From IMG/VR virus record IMGVR_UViG_2711768070_000016: a stretch of DNA of 5,369 bases; one strand, given 5' to 3'. A program made the translations under genes and the position numbers. Source of the stretch: a virus (Duplodnaviria; Heunggongvirae; Uroviricota; Caudoviricetes). The notes below the pieces were generated by a model. The model worked only from the letters and a program-made list of their open reading frames with translations, had not been told where the DNA came from and did not search any database. Positions 1 to 5,369 of this stretch are shown here, piece by piece; the first letter of the stretch is position 1, and each line of letters starts with the position of its first letter.

Positions 1-678
1 AGCCTGAACGAGTCGGTTAAATCAGAGCAGTCACCGCGGGTGGTGCTCTGGGAAATTGACCTGACGGTGCAGGGCGGTGAGCGGTATTTTTTCTGTAATG
101 AGCTGAATGAAAAAGGGGAGCCGGTCACCTGGCAGGGGCGGCAATATCAGGCATACCCGATTGACGGCAGCGGTTTTGAGATGAACGGGAAGGGCAGCAG
201 TGCCAGACCGTCGCTGACGGTGTCCAATCTGTTTGGTCTGGTCACCGGGATGGCGGAGGACCTGCAGAGCCTGGTGGGGGCCACGGTGGTCCGCCGCCGG
301 GTGTATGCCCGTTTTCTGGATGCGGTGAATTTTGTGGCGGGCAATCCGGAAGCGGACCCGGAGCAGGAGCTGAGCGACCGCTGGGTGGTGGAGCAGATGT
401 CAGAGCTGACGGCCATGACAGCCTCGTTTGTGCTGGCAACACCGACGGAGACGGACGGAGCGCTGTTTCCTGGTCGCATCATGCTGGCGAACACCTGTAT
501 GTGGACCTACCGCTCTGATGAGTGTGGTTACACGGGCGGGGCTGTGGCGGATGAGTTCGATAAACCCACCACGGATATCCGTAAGGACAGATGCAGCAAG
601 TGCATGCGCGGGTGTGAACTGCGCAGGAATGTCGGCAATTTTGGCGGTTTCCTTTCCATTAATAAACTTTCGCAGTAA
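1..678 (+). CDS. L: Tail tip assembly protein L (lambda gpL family); 5' end lies outside the window
   Basis: Frame 1 is open from base 1 (no stop in 1-39) through TAA at 676-678. Translation (..VLWEIDLT..GGERYFFCNE..EKGEPVTWQGRQYQ..FPGRIMLANTC..ECGY..CSKC..GC..NVGNFGGFLSINKLSQ) matches lambda gpL as I remember it, including the C-terminal Cys cluster. The ORF track starts it at GTG 40 only because the true start is upstream. Confidence 0.9.
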   Translation, partial: SLNESVKSEQSPRVVLWEIDLTVQGGERYFFCNELNEKGEPVTWQGRQYQAYPIDGSGFEMNGKGSSARPSLTVSNLFGLVTGMAEDLQSLVGATVVRRRVYARFLDAVNFVAGNPEADPEQELSDRWVVEQMSELTAMTASFVLATPTETDGALFPGRIMLANTCMWTYRSDECGYTGGAVADEFDKPTTDIRKDRCSKCMRGCELRRNVGNFGGFLSINKLSQ

Positions 679-686
679 TGGATTAT

Positions 687-725
687 GCCCACCGTCAGGT
701 GGGTTTTTTATAAGGAGTAATCATG
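687..725. repeat. Left boundary repeat (hairpin + T6 + AT + AGGAGT + nn + TCATG)
   Basis: Aligns position-for-position with 2970-3008 at 31 of 39 bases; from the T-run to the ATG, 23 of 26 match. Stem differs by a compensatory change (CCCACC/GGTGGG versus CCCAGC/GCTGGG). Confidence 0.7.
688..709 (+). terminator. Intrinsic terminator-like hairpin after L (stem CCCACC/GGTGGG, loop GTCA, then T6)
   Basis: Read directly: CCCACC 688-693, loop 694-697, GGTGGG 698-703, TTTTTT 704-709. It lies between the convergent L stop (678) and the ClpP-like stop (735). Confidence 0.55.
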
Positions 726-734
726 ATTTACCCA

Positions 735-1271
735 TCAAACAACCCACCAGTTTGCCTGATTGGATGCCAGCCTTGCAGTTTTTATGGAATTAATTATGCC
801 ATGCTCAAGAGCCTTGTTAGCATCCAAAATGGTCGAGTCTGCTATCAGGGATGCCCACCTAATATGGGTTCCGATGTCGATATTGAACGTCTCAACGAAG
901 CGATCAAGATCGTTATCGAGGCATTTCCCGTACTCTCTCAATCTGGCATGGTCGGCGGCTGGGGAGGCAAAGCACCATAATAGAGGATGTAACAGGAATC
1001 TTGATAATGGGTTTGCGAAACGTTCTGAGCCAGCCAGGAAAACGATATTAGCTATGGATTCAACATTGCTTATGTTGTGAGTTCTAACGGTAACAGGGAG
1101 TGACTTAAGAAAGTTATACGCAGTAAAGCCAGCGGCAGTTTCCCCTCCCTGACTTGATATATGGATATTTAATTCAGTTGCGCCTTGAGATAATGCGGTG
1201 AGACAGTGGTTCTGAAGTTGCCCAACAGTGGCAGTGTTAACGGGGCATAAGAAATGAATTGTGTGCAGCAT
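735..1271 (-). CDS. ClpP-fold (S14-like) serine peptidase, 178 aa, lacking the N-terminal axial-loop region of canonical ClpP
   Basis: Translation contains ..IHISSQGGETAAGFTAYNFL..NVESIANIVFLAGSERFANPLSRFLLHP.., which aligns by eye to E. coli ClpP INSPGG...GQAASMGAFLLTAG...RVMIHQP with Ser and His at the equivalent positions (tentatively Ser72, His95, Asp145). Start ATG at 1271-1269 overlaps the mnt-like stop (TAATG on the minus strand). Confidence 0.7.
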   Translation of the reverse strand: MLHTIHFLCPVNTATVGQLQNHCLTALSQGATELNIHISSQGGETAAGFTAYNFLKSLPVTVRTHNISNVESIANIVFLAGSERFANPLSRFLLHPLLWCFASPAADHARLREYGKCLDNDLDRFVETFNIDIGTHIRWASLIADSTILDANKALEHGIINSIKTARLASNQANWWVV

Positions 1272-1519
1272 TATTTTTCATCCTTACCATACATGGTCTT
1301 TAGCGTCTCAAGCAGCGCCTCTTTGAATTTGTCAGCTTCTTGCTGAGCAAATGACTCAACTGACTTTGGCGACCTATCTTCATCAATCGCGGCTTGCAAA
1401 ATCATGACGATCTCGGAGTTAACAGAGCGACCATTTTTTGATGCTCTGACAGCAAGAGCCTCGCGTAAAGATTCAGGGATTCTTACCGTAGTTGGAGAAA
1501 TTGACACACCCTTTGCCAT
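1271..1519 (-). CDS. mnt: Mnt-like ribbon-helix-helix repressor (82 aa)
   Basis: MAKGVSISPTTVRIPESLREALAVRASKNGRSVNSEIV...LKTMYGKDEK has the RHH N-terminus (beta-strand then ..NGRSxNSEI..) and the length and C-terminus resembling P22 Mnt as I remember it. Start chosen at ATG 1519 (preceded by AAGGTG) rather than the upstream ATG at 1561 in the ORF track. It is divergent from arc-like, as in immI. Confidence 0.75.
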   Translation of the reverse strand: MAKGVSISPTTVRIPESLREALAVRASKNGRSVNSEIVMILQAAIDEDRSPKSVESFAQQEADKFKEALLETLKTMYGKDEK

Positions 1520-1633
1520 ATCACACCTTTGGTATTCAATTTGATAGCAAAGTGTATGCAAAAAAATTTTGACTAGATATACTCACTTTGCTATCTTTTG
1601 TATTCGAAAAGAGTTGTTTGTATGGAGGGTAAC
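1520..1633. promoter_or_regulatory. Divergent mnt / arc-ant control region with candidate operators
   Basis: 114 bp AT-rich spacer between divergent RHH genes. Possible rightward sigma70 promoter: TTGACT 1569-1574, 17 bp spacer, TATCTT 1592-1597. GGAGG 1624-1628 precedes ATG 1634. I could not find a convincing leftward -35/-10 pair. Confidence 0.45.
1543..1595. promoter_or_regulatory. 12 bp perfect inverted repeat GATAGCAAAGTG (1543-1554) / CACTTTGCTATC (1584-1595), 29 bp spacer; candidate repressor-binding sites
   Basis: Verified base by base. The right arm overlaps the putative -10 of the rightward promoter. Confidence 0.5.
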
Positions 1634-1786
1634 ATGGAGAAAGAAATAAGTAAGATTTTGGTAAGGATGCCGCAGTCGTTAAAGGATGCTATAGGTAGCA
1701 GGGCAAAGGAAGAGTGCAGGTCGTTTAACTCAGAGGTTATCAAGCGCCTGATAGACAGCTTGAAGAGAGAGGGGGTAATGGTATGA
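1634..1786 (+). CDS. arc: Arc-like ribbon-helix-helix repressor (50 aa)
   Basis: [50 protein letters not shown] resembles P22 Arc (..NGRSVNSEIYQRVMESFKKEGRIGA) in length and motif. Strong RBS GGAGG sits 5 nt upstream of ATG 1634; the ORF-track start at 1598 is a TTG and looks like an over-extension. Confidence 0.7.
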   Translation: MEKEISKILVRMPQSLKDAIGSRAKEECRSFNSEVIKRLIDSLKREGVMV

Positions 1787-1986
1787 GTAAAGAATGTTGT
1801 TTCTGCGGCATTAGCGAATCAGACGCTGATCAAACATACATTTACTCTAAAGAAACAGGTCGGATGCTGTGTAGTGACTGCGTGTTGGACATCATAAGAT
1901 ACAAGCATCTTGGATGTTCTGCCAGCATTAGCAATATAGGTGAAGTATATGAAGGGAAAGATATAACTGATAGAGCAGAAAGTTGA
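1783..1986 (+). CDS. Small standalone ClpX-type C4 zinc-binding-domain (ZBD)-like protein (67 aa)
   Basis: CCFCG..(21 aa)..[11 protein letters not shown] aligns by eye to the ClpX N-terminal ZBD (CSFCGKS...ICDECVDLCNDIIRE): Cys5/6-x-Cys8 and Cys30-x2-Cys33. Start ATG 1783 overlaps the arc-like stop (ATGA); its stop TGA 1984-1986 lies upstream of ant. Confidence 0.6.
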   Translation: MSKECCFCGISESDADQTYIYSKETGRMLCSDCVLDIIRYKHLGCSASISNIGEVYEGKDITDRAES

Positions 1987-2048
1987 AGCCCCAACTGCGG
2001 GAACAGTCAGGGCTTCGGTTGTCAGTAAATCCGTGGAGAAAAACCAAC

Positions 2049-2951
2049 ATGAATAGTATAGCAATTTTAGAAGCAGTGAACACCTCTTACGTACCATTCA
2101 ACGGTCAGCAAATTATCACCGCCATGGCTGCCGGAGTTGCATATGTTGCGATGAAGCCAATCGTTGAAAACCTCGGAATGAGCTGGGGTACTCAGCAACA
2201 AAAACTTATGAAACAACTAGATAAGTTCAACTGTATTCATATGAATATGGTTGCTGCTGATGGAAAGCTTCGTAAGCTACTCTGCCTTCCTTTGAAGAAG
2301 TTAAATGGATGGCTGTTCAGCATCAACCCCGAGAAAGTTCGTGCTGACATCCGCGATAAACTGATTCAGTACCAGGAAGAATGCTTTACTGTGCTGCATG
2401 ACTACTGGACAAAGGGAAAGGCAGAAAATGCACGTAAGAAAACATCTGTTGATGACAGGACTCCGCTTCGTGATGCTGTAAATATGCTGGTCAGCAAAAA
2501 GCATCTAATGTACCCAGAAGCTTATGCAATGATTCATCAGCGTTTCAATGTGGAAAGTATTGAAGAGCTTGATGCATCTCAGATACCGCAAGCCGTAGAG
2601 TACATCCACAGGGTAGTGCTTGAAGGTGAGTTCATTGGCAAACAAGAGAAGAAGCTCAACGGGCTTTCCGCAAAAGAAACAGACAGCCTTGTATGGCTGT
2701 GGGATTATGCCAACCGCTCACAGGCATTGTTCCGTGAGTTGTATCCCGCATTAAAACTGATTCAGTCTGGCTATTCCGGCACATGCTACGACTACGGTCA
2801 TGAGTTCTCGTATGTTATTGGAATGGCGAGAGACGTTTTAATTAATCACACACGAGATGTTGATATCAATGAGCCAGACGGACCAACGAACCTTCTGGCA
2901 TGGGAAAGGCTTAAGAACAAAGAATTGCCGCCTTCACTGCATCACTACTAA
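2049..2951 (+). CDS. ant: Phage antirepressor Ant (P22 Ant-like, about 300 aa)
   Basis: N-terminus [44 protein letters not shown]...[25 protein letters not shown] is the P22 antirepressor N-terminal domain as I remember it. Start chosen at ATG 2049 (GGAGA upstream) rather than the TTG at 1983. Stop TAA 2949-2951. Confidence 0.85.
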   Translation: MNSIAILEAVNTSYVPFNGQQIITAMAAGVAYVAMKPIVENLGMSWGTQQQKLMKQLDKFNCIHMNMVAADGKLRKLLCLPLKKLNGWLFSINPEKVRADIRDKLIQYQEECFTVLHDYWTKGKAENARKKTSVDDRTPLRDAVNMLVSKKHLMYPEAYAMIHQRFNVESIEELDASQIPQAVEYIHRVVLEGEFIGKQEKKLNGLSAKETDSLVWLWDYANRSQALFRELYPALKLIQSGYSGTCYDYGHEFSYVIGMARDVLINHTRDVDINEPDGPTNLLAWERLKNKELPPSLHHY

Positions 2952-2969
2952 CAGATTACCAACGAAATG

Positions 2970-2992
2970 ACCCAGCCTCGGCTGGGTTTTTT
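2970..2992 (+). terminator. Intrinsic terminator-like hairpin after ant (stem ACCCAGC/GCTGGGT, loop CTCG, then T-run)
   Basis: Read directly: stem 2970-2976 / 2981-2987, T-run 2987-2992. It is immediately followed by the K RBS AGGAG 2996-3000 and ATG 3006. Confidence 0.55.
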
Positions 2993-3008
2993 ATCAGGAG
3001 TTCTCATG
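2970..3008. repeat. Right boundary repeat (hairpin + T6 + AT + AGGAGT + nn + TCATG), ending in the K start codon
   Basis: Partner of 687-725; see the alignment described there. Confidence 0.7.
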
Positions 3009-3743
3009 CTCTATAGCAATATATTGGCACATGCCCGGCGGTGTGCGCCTGCGGAGTCGTGCGGCTTCGTGGTGAGAACGCCGGAGGGGGAGCGGTATAT
3101 CCCTTGTGTGAATATTTCCGCAGAGCCGGAGGCGTATTTTCGTATTGCGCCGGAAGACTGGCTGCGGGCAGAGATGCAGGGGGAGATTGTGGCGCTGGTC
3201 CACAGTCATCCCGGTGGTCTGCCCTGGCTGAGCGAGGCGGACCGGCGGCTGCAGATAAAGAGTGCCCTGCCCTGGTGGCTGGTCTGCCGGGGTGAAATTC
3301 ACCGGTTCCGCTGTGTGCCGCACCTGACCGGACGGCGCTTTGCGCACGGGGTGACGGACTGTTACACGCTGTTCCGGGATGCCTACCATCTGGCGGGAAT
3401 TGATATGCCGGATTTTCATCGCGGGGATGACTGGTGGCGCAACGGTCAGAACCTTTACCTGGACAATATGGCGGTCACCGGCTTTTACCGGGTGCCCCTG
3501 TCCTCTGCACAGGCGGGCGATATTCTGCTGTGCTGCTTTGGTGCTTCGGTACCGAACCATGCCGCCATATACTGCGGCAACGGTGAGCTGCTTCACCATC
3601 TGCCTGAACAACTGAGTAAACGGGAGAGGTATTCTGAAAAATGGCAACGACGAACGCATTCTGTCTGGCGTCACCGCCACTGGCACGCATCTGCCTTCAC
3701 GGGGATTTACAACGATTTGGCCGCCGCCTCAGCCTGTACGTGA
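3006..3743 (+). CDS. K: Tail assembly protein K (lambda gpK family; JAMM/MPN plus NlpC/P60 domains)
   Basis: ..HARRCAPAESCGFVV.. N-terminus, JAMM motif HSHPGGLPWLSEAD (H-x-H-x7-S-x2-D) and NlpC/P60-type Cys (GVTDCYTLF) and His (NHAAIYCG). Start at ATG 3006 with RBS AGGAG; the ORF-track start 2967 lies inside the terminator hairpin. Confidence 0.88.
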   Translation: MLYSNILAHARRCAPAESCGFVVRTPEGERYIPCVNISAEPEAYFRIAPEDWLRAEMQGEIVALVHSHPGGLPWLSEADRRLQIKSALPWWLVCRGEIHRFRCVPHLTGRRFAHGVTDCYTLFRDAYHLAGIDMPDFHRGDDWWRNGQNLYLDNMAVTGFYRVPLSSAQAGDILLCCFGASVPNHAAIYCGNGELLHHLPEQLSKRERYSEKWQRRTHSVWRHRHWHASAFTGIYNDLAAASACT

Positions 3744-4321
3744 ACACGGCAGCGGAAGCCATTCGCGCCCTGTCGATGCAGATGCCGGGCTTTCGCCGTC
3801 AGATGAACGAAGGGTGGTACCAGATACGTATTGCCGGTGAGGACACGGCACCGGAGGCGGTGTACGCCCGTCTTCACGAACAGCTGGGTGAGGGAACGGT
3901 CATCCACATTGTGCCGCGACTGGCCGGGGCCGGAAAGGGTGGACTGCAGATTGTGCTGGGGGCGGCAGCCATCGTGGGCTCTTTCTTCACTGCCGGAGGC
4001 TCGATGGCGTTATGGGGTACAGCCCTGAGTGCCGGTGGTTTTTCTGCCACCACGATGCTGTTTTCACTGGGTGCCAGTATGATTCTGGGCGGTGTGGCCC
4101 AGATGCTGGCCCCGAAGGCAAAAACACCGGATTACCGCGCAACGGATAACGGCAGACAGAACACGTATTTTTCGTCACTGGACAACATGATTGCCCAGGG
4201 TAACCCGATGCCGGTGCCTTACGGGGAAATGCTGGTTGGTTCACGACGGATATCCCAGGACATCAGCACCCGTGATGAAGGCGGGGGCGGAAAGGTCGTG
4301 GTTATCGGGCGGCAGGGGTAA
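3641..4321 (+). CDS. I: Tail assembly protein I (lambda gpI family)
   Basis: MATTNAFCLASPPLARICLHGDLQRFGRR...QIVLGAAAIVGSFFTAG...NTYFSSLDNMIAQGN matches lambda gpI as I remember it. It overlaps the 3' end of K by 103 nt in another frame. Stop TAA 4319-4321. Confidence 0.9.
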   Translation: MATTNAFCLASPPLARICLHGDLQRFGRRLSLYVNTAAEAIRALSMQMPGFRRQMNEGWYQIRIAGEDTAPEAVYARLHEQLGEGTVIHIVPRLAGAGKGGLQIVLGAAAIVGSFFTAGGSMALWGTALSAGGFSATTMLFSLGASMILGGVAQMLAPKAKTPDYRATDNGRQNTYFSSLDNMIAQGNPMPVPYGEMLVGSRRISQDISTRDEGGGGKVVVIGRQG

Positions 4322-4334
4322 AAAGAATAAAAAA

Positions 4335-4366
4335 TCCCGCAGTGCTCACGGACAGGAACTGCGGGA
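4335..4366 (-). terminator. 9 bp-stem hairpin (TCCCGCAGT / ACTGCGGGA, 14 nt loop) with the U-run on the minus strand
   Basis: Read directly. The plus strand has A-rich sequence 4321-4334 before the stem and no T-run after it, so it looks like a terminator only for leftward transcription. No convincing leftward gene precedes it. Confidence 0.3.
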
Positions 4367-4500
4367 GAGTTACGAAGATTAAGTGTAAGGAATTATTCTT
4401 ATGTCACGACAAAAAACATTAACGCAGAGAAATTATTAGCACCACAGTCAGTTTGTGAAAATGTGAAGATATTCAGAAGTTTTATTCAGTGATGATACAG

Positions 4501-4530
4501 GCATCCTCAGGGATGCCAGTTGTTTTTGTG
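4501..4530 (+). terminator. Hairpin GCATCC-TCAG-GGATGC followed by TTGTTTTTGTG; weak terminator-like element upstream of J
   Basis: Read directly: stem 4501-4506 / 4511-4516, T-rich tract 4519-4530. Confidence 0.3.
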
Positions 4531-4561
4531 CGTAACAGTTATCACAGTAAAGGGTGAGACA

Positions 4562-5369
4562 ATGGGCAAAGGTGGCGGCAGGGCGCACACACCGCGCGAG
4601 GCGAAGGGCAATCTCAAATCCACGCAGATGATGAGTGTGATTGATGCGATTGGTGAGGGACCGATAGAAGGCCCGGTGAAAGGCCTGCAGAGTATCCTGG
4701 TGAACAAAACCCCGCTGACGGACACGGACGGTAATCCCGTGATACACGGTGTGACCGCGGTCTGGCGTGCCGGGGAGCAGGAGCAGACACCACCGGAAGG
4801 CTTTGAGTCCTCCGGAGCTGAAACCGGACTGGGCGTGGAAGTGACGAAGGCAAAGCCGGTGACGCGCACCATTACGTCCGCGAACATTGACCGCCTGCGG
4901 GTTACCTTCGGGGTGCAGTCACTGGTGGAGACCACCTCAAAGGGTGACCGTAACCCGACGTCTGTCCGCCTGCTGATTCAGCTTGAGCGTGGTGGTAAAT
5001 GGATGACGGAAAAGGATGTCACCATTAACGGCAAGACCACCTCACAGTACCTGGCGTCGGTGATTCTGGATAATCTGCCTCCCCGTCCTTTTAACATCCG
5101 GATGGTCCGGGAGACAGCGGACAGCACCACGGACCAGTTGCAGAATAAGACGCTCTGGTCGTCATACACCGAAATCATCGATGTGAAACAGTGCTACCCG
5201 AACACGGCGATTGTGGGGCTGCAGGTGGATGCGGAGCAGTTTGGCGGTCAGCAGATGACGGTGAACTACCATATCCGCGGTCGCATAATTCAGGTACCGT
5301 CAAACTATGACCCGGAAAAACGCACTTACAGCGGTATCTGGGACGGCAGCCTGAAGCCGGCATACAGCA
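4562..5369 (+). CDS. J: Host specificity / central tail fibre protein J (lambda gpJ family); 3' end lies outside the window
   Basis: ATG 4562 preceded by GGGTGAG. Hand translation MGKGGGRAHTPREAKGNLKSTQMMSVIDAIGEGPIEGPV... matches the lambda J N-terminus (MGKGSSKGHTPREAKDNLKSTQLLSVIDAISEGPIEGPV). The frame is open to the window end, which is why it is absent from the ORF track. Confidence 0.92.
   Translation, partial: MGKGGGRAHTPREAKGNLKSTQMMSVIDAIGEGPIEGPVKGLQSILVNKTPLTDTDGNPVIHGVTAVWRAGEQEQTPPEGFESSGAETGLGVEVTKAKPVTRTITSANIDRLRVTFGVQSLVETTSKGDRNPTSVRLLIQLERGGKWMTEKDVTINGKTTSQYLASVILDNLPPRPFNIRMVRETADSTTDQLQNKTLWSSYTEIIDVKQCYPNTAIVGLQVDAEQFGGQQMTVNYHIRGRIIQVPSNYDPEKRTYSGIWDGSLKPAYS

Larger units (their letters stand above)
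679..3005. other. Accessory (moron-like) module inserted at the L/K junction: immI-like mnt-arc-ant switch plus two extra genes
   Basis: Flanking tail genes L and K are GC-rich and adjacent in lambda; the intervening ~2.3 kb is visibly AT-richer, has genes on both strands, and is bounded by terminator-like hairpins and near-identical boundary repeats. Confidence 0.75.

Noticed and set aside
147-793. ORFs 147-494 (-), 242-442 (-) and 428-793 (+)
   Set aside because: Alternative-frame or antisense ORFs inside GC-rich gene L; proline/arginine-rich translations typical of GC-rich artefacts.
723-980. Plus-strand 85 aa ORF with an excellent RBS (AGGAG, 5 nt, ATG)
   Set aside because: It is entirely antisense to the ClpP-like gene, which has recognisable family motifs. 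Its RBS and ATG are part of the left boundary repeat, a duplicate of the K initiation region, so the strong signal is explained without a real gene. The translation has no recognisable features.
760-1080. Plus-strand 106 aa ORF
   Set aside because: Antisense to and nested within the ClpP-like gene, with no RBS and no recognisable motif.
1561-1598. Longer start choices for the mnt-like (ATG at 1561) and arc-like (TTG at 1598) ORFs
   Set aside because: The internal ATGs (1519 and 1634) have proper Shine-Dalgarno sequences and give lengths matching P22 Mnt and Arc. The longer versions would run across the operator/promoter region.
1983-2048. TTG-initiated 22-codon N-terminal extension of ant
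   Set aside because: TTG start without a good RBS; the antirepressor N-terminal domain begins at ATG 2049 ([10 protein letters not shown]).
1819-2504. Minus-strand ORFs 1819-2097 and 2301-2504
   Set aside because: Antisense to the ZBD-like gene and ant; hydrophobic low-complexity translations and no RBS. The first could in principle overlap a sar-like antisense region, but nothing supports a coding function.
2967-3005. Upstream ATG (2967) as the K start
   Set aside because: It lies inside the terminator hairpin and has no RBS; ATG 3006 follows AGGAG at ideal spacing.
2994-4382. ORFs on both strands overlapping K and I (2994-3686 -, 3041-3295 +, 3379-3615 +, 3475-3690 -, 3707-3907 -, 3831-4028 +, 3987-4244 -, 4191-4382 +)
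   Set aside because: Frame artefacts of GC-rich coding DNA, with Arg/Pro/Gly-rich translations. K and I are clearly identifiable in these intervals.
4401-4439. 12-codon ORF (MSRQKTLTQRNY) in the I-J spacer
   Set aside because: Too short and featureless to call; mentioned only as part of the spacer finding.
4448-5363. Minus-strand ORFs overlapping J (4448-4747, 4507-4935, 4614-4853, 4978-5178, 5175-5363)
   Set aside because: Antisense to the confidently identified J gene and compositionally artefactual. The 4448-4747 ORF also does not explain the leftward-oriented hairpin at 4335-4366.
1-5369. Scan for tRNA, rRNA, CRISPR arrays, integrase or transposase genes and att-like sites
   Set aside because: No arrays of regularly spaced direct repeats, no tRNA-like cloverleaf candidates, and no recombinase-like ORF were seen. 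The module appears to be a moron inside a phage, not an independent mobile element.

Overview
This window covers the tail-tip part of a lambda-type phage or prophage late operon, all on the + strand and GC-rich: the 3' part of L (1-678), K (3006-3743), I (3641-4321) and the 5' part of J (4562 to window end). Where lambda has L running directly into K, this element carries a ~2.3 kb AT-richer accessory module (about 679-3005). The module has the architecture of the Salmonella phage P22 immI switch: a leftward Mnt-like ribbon-helix-helix (RHH) repressor, a rightward Arc-like RHH repressor and a ~300 aa Ant antirepressor. It also holds two genes I do not associate with immI. One is a 178 aa ClpP-fold serine peptidase, stop/start-coupled (TAATG) downstream of mnt. 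The other is a 67 aa standalone ClpX-type C4 zinc-binding-domain protein, coupled (ATGA) between arc and ant. The module is bounded by two ~39 bp imperfect direct repeats (hairpin, T6, AGGAGT, TCATG) whose hairpin stems differ by a compensatory base-pair change. A 12 bp perfect inverted repeat sits in the mnt/arc divergent control region. The most interesting candidate is the split, repressor-linked ClpP-like / ClpX-ZBD-like pair embedded in the tail operon. All homology statements come from reading the translations and from memory of the protein families; no database search was run.
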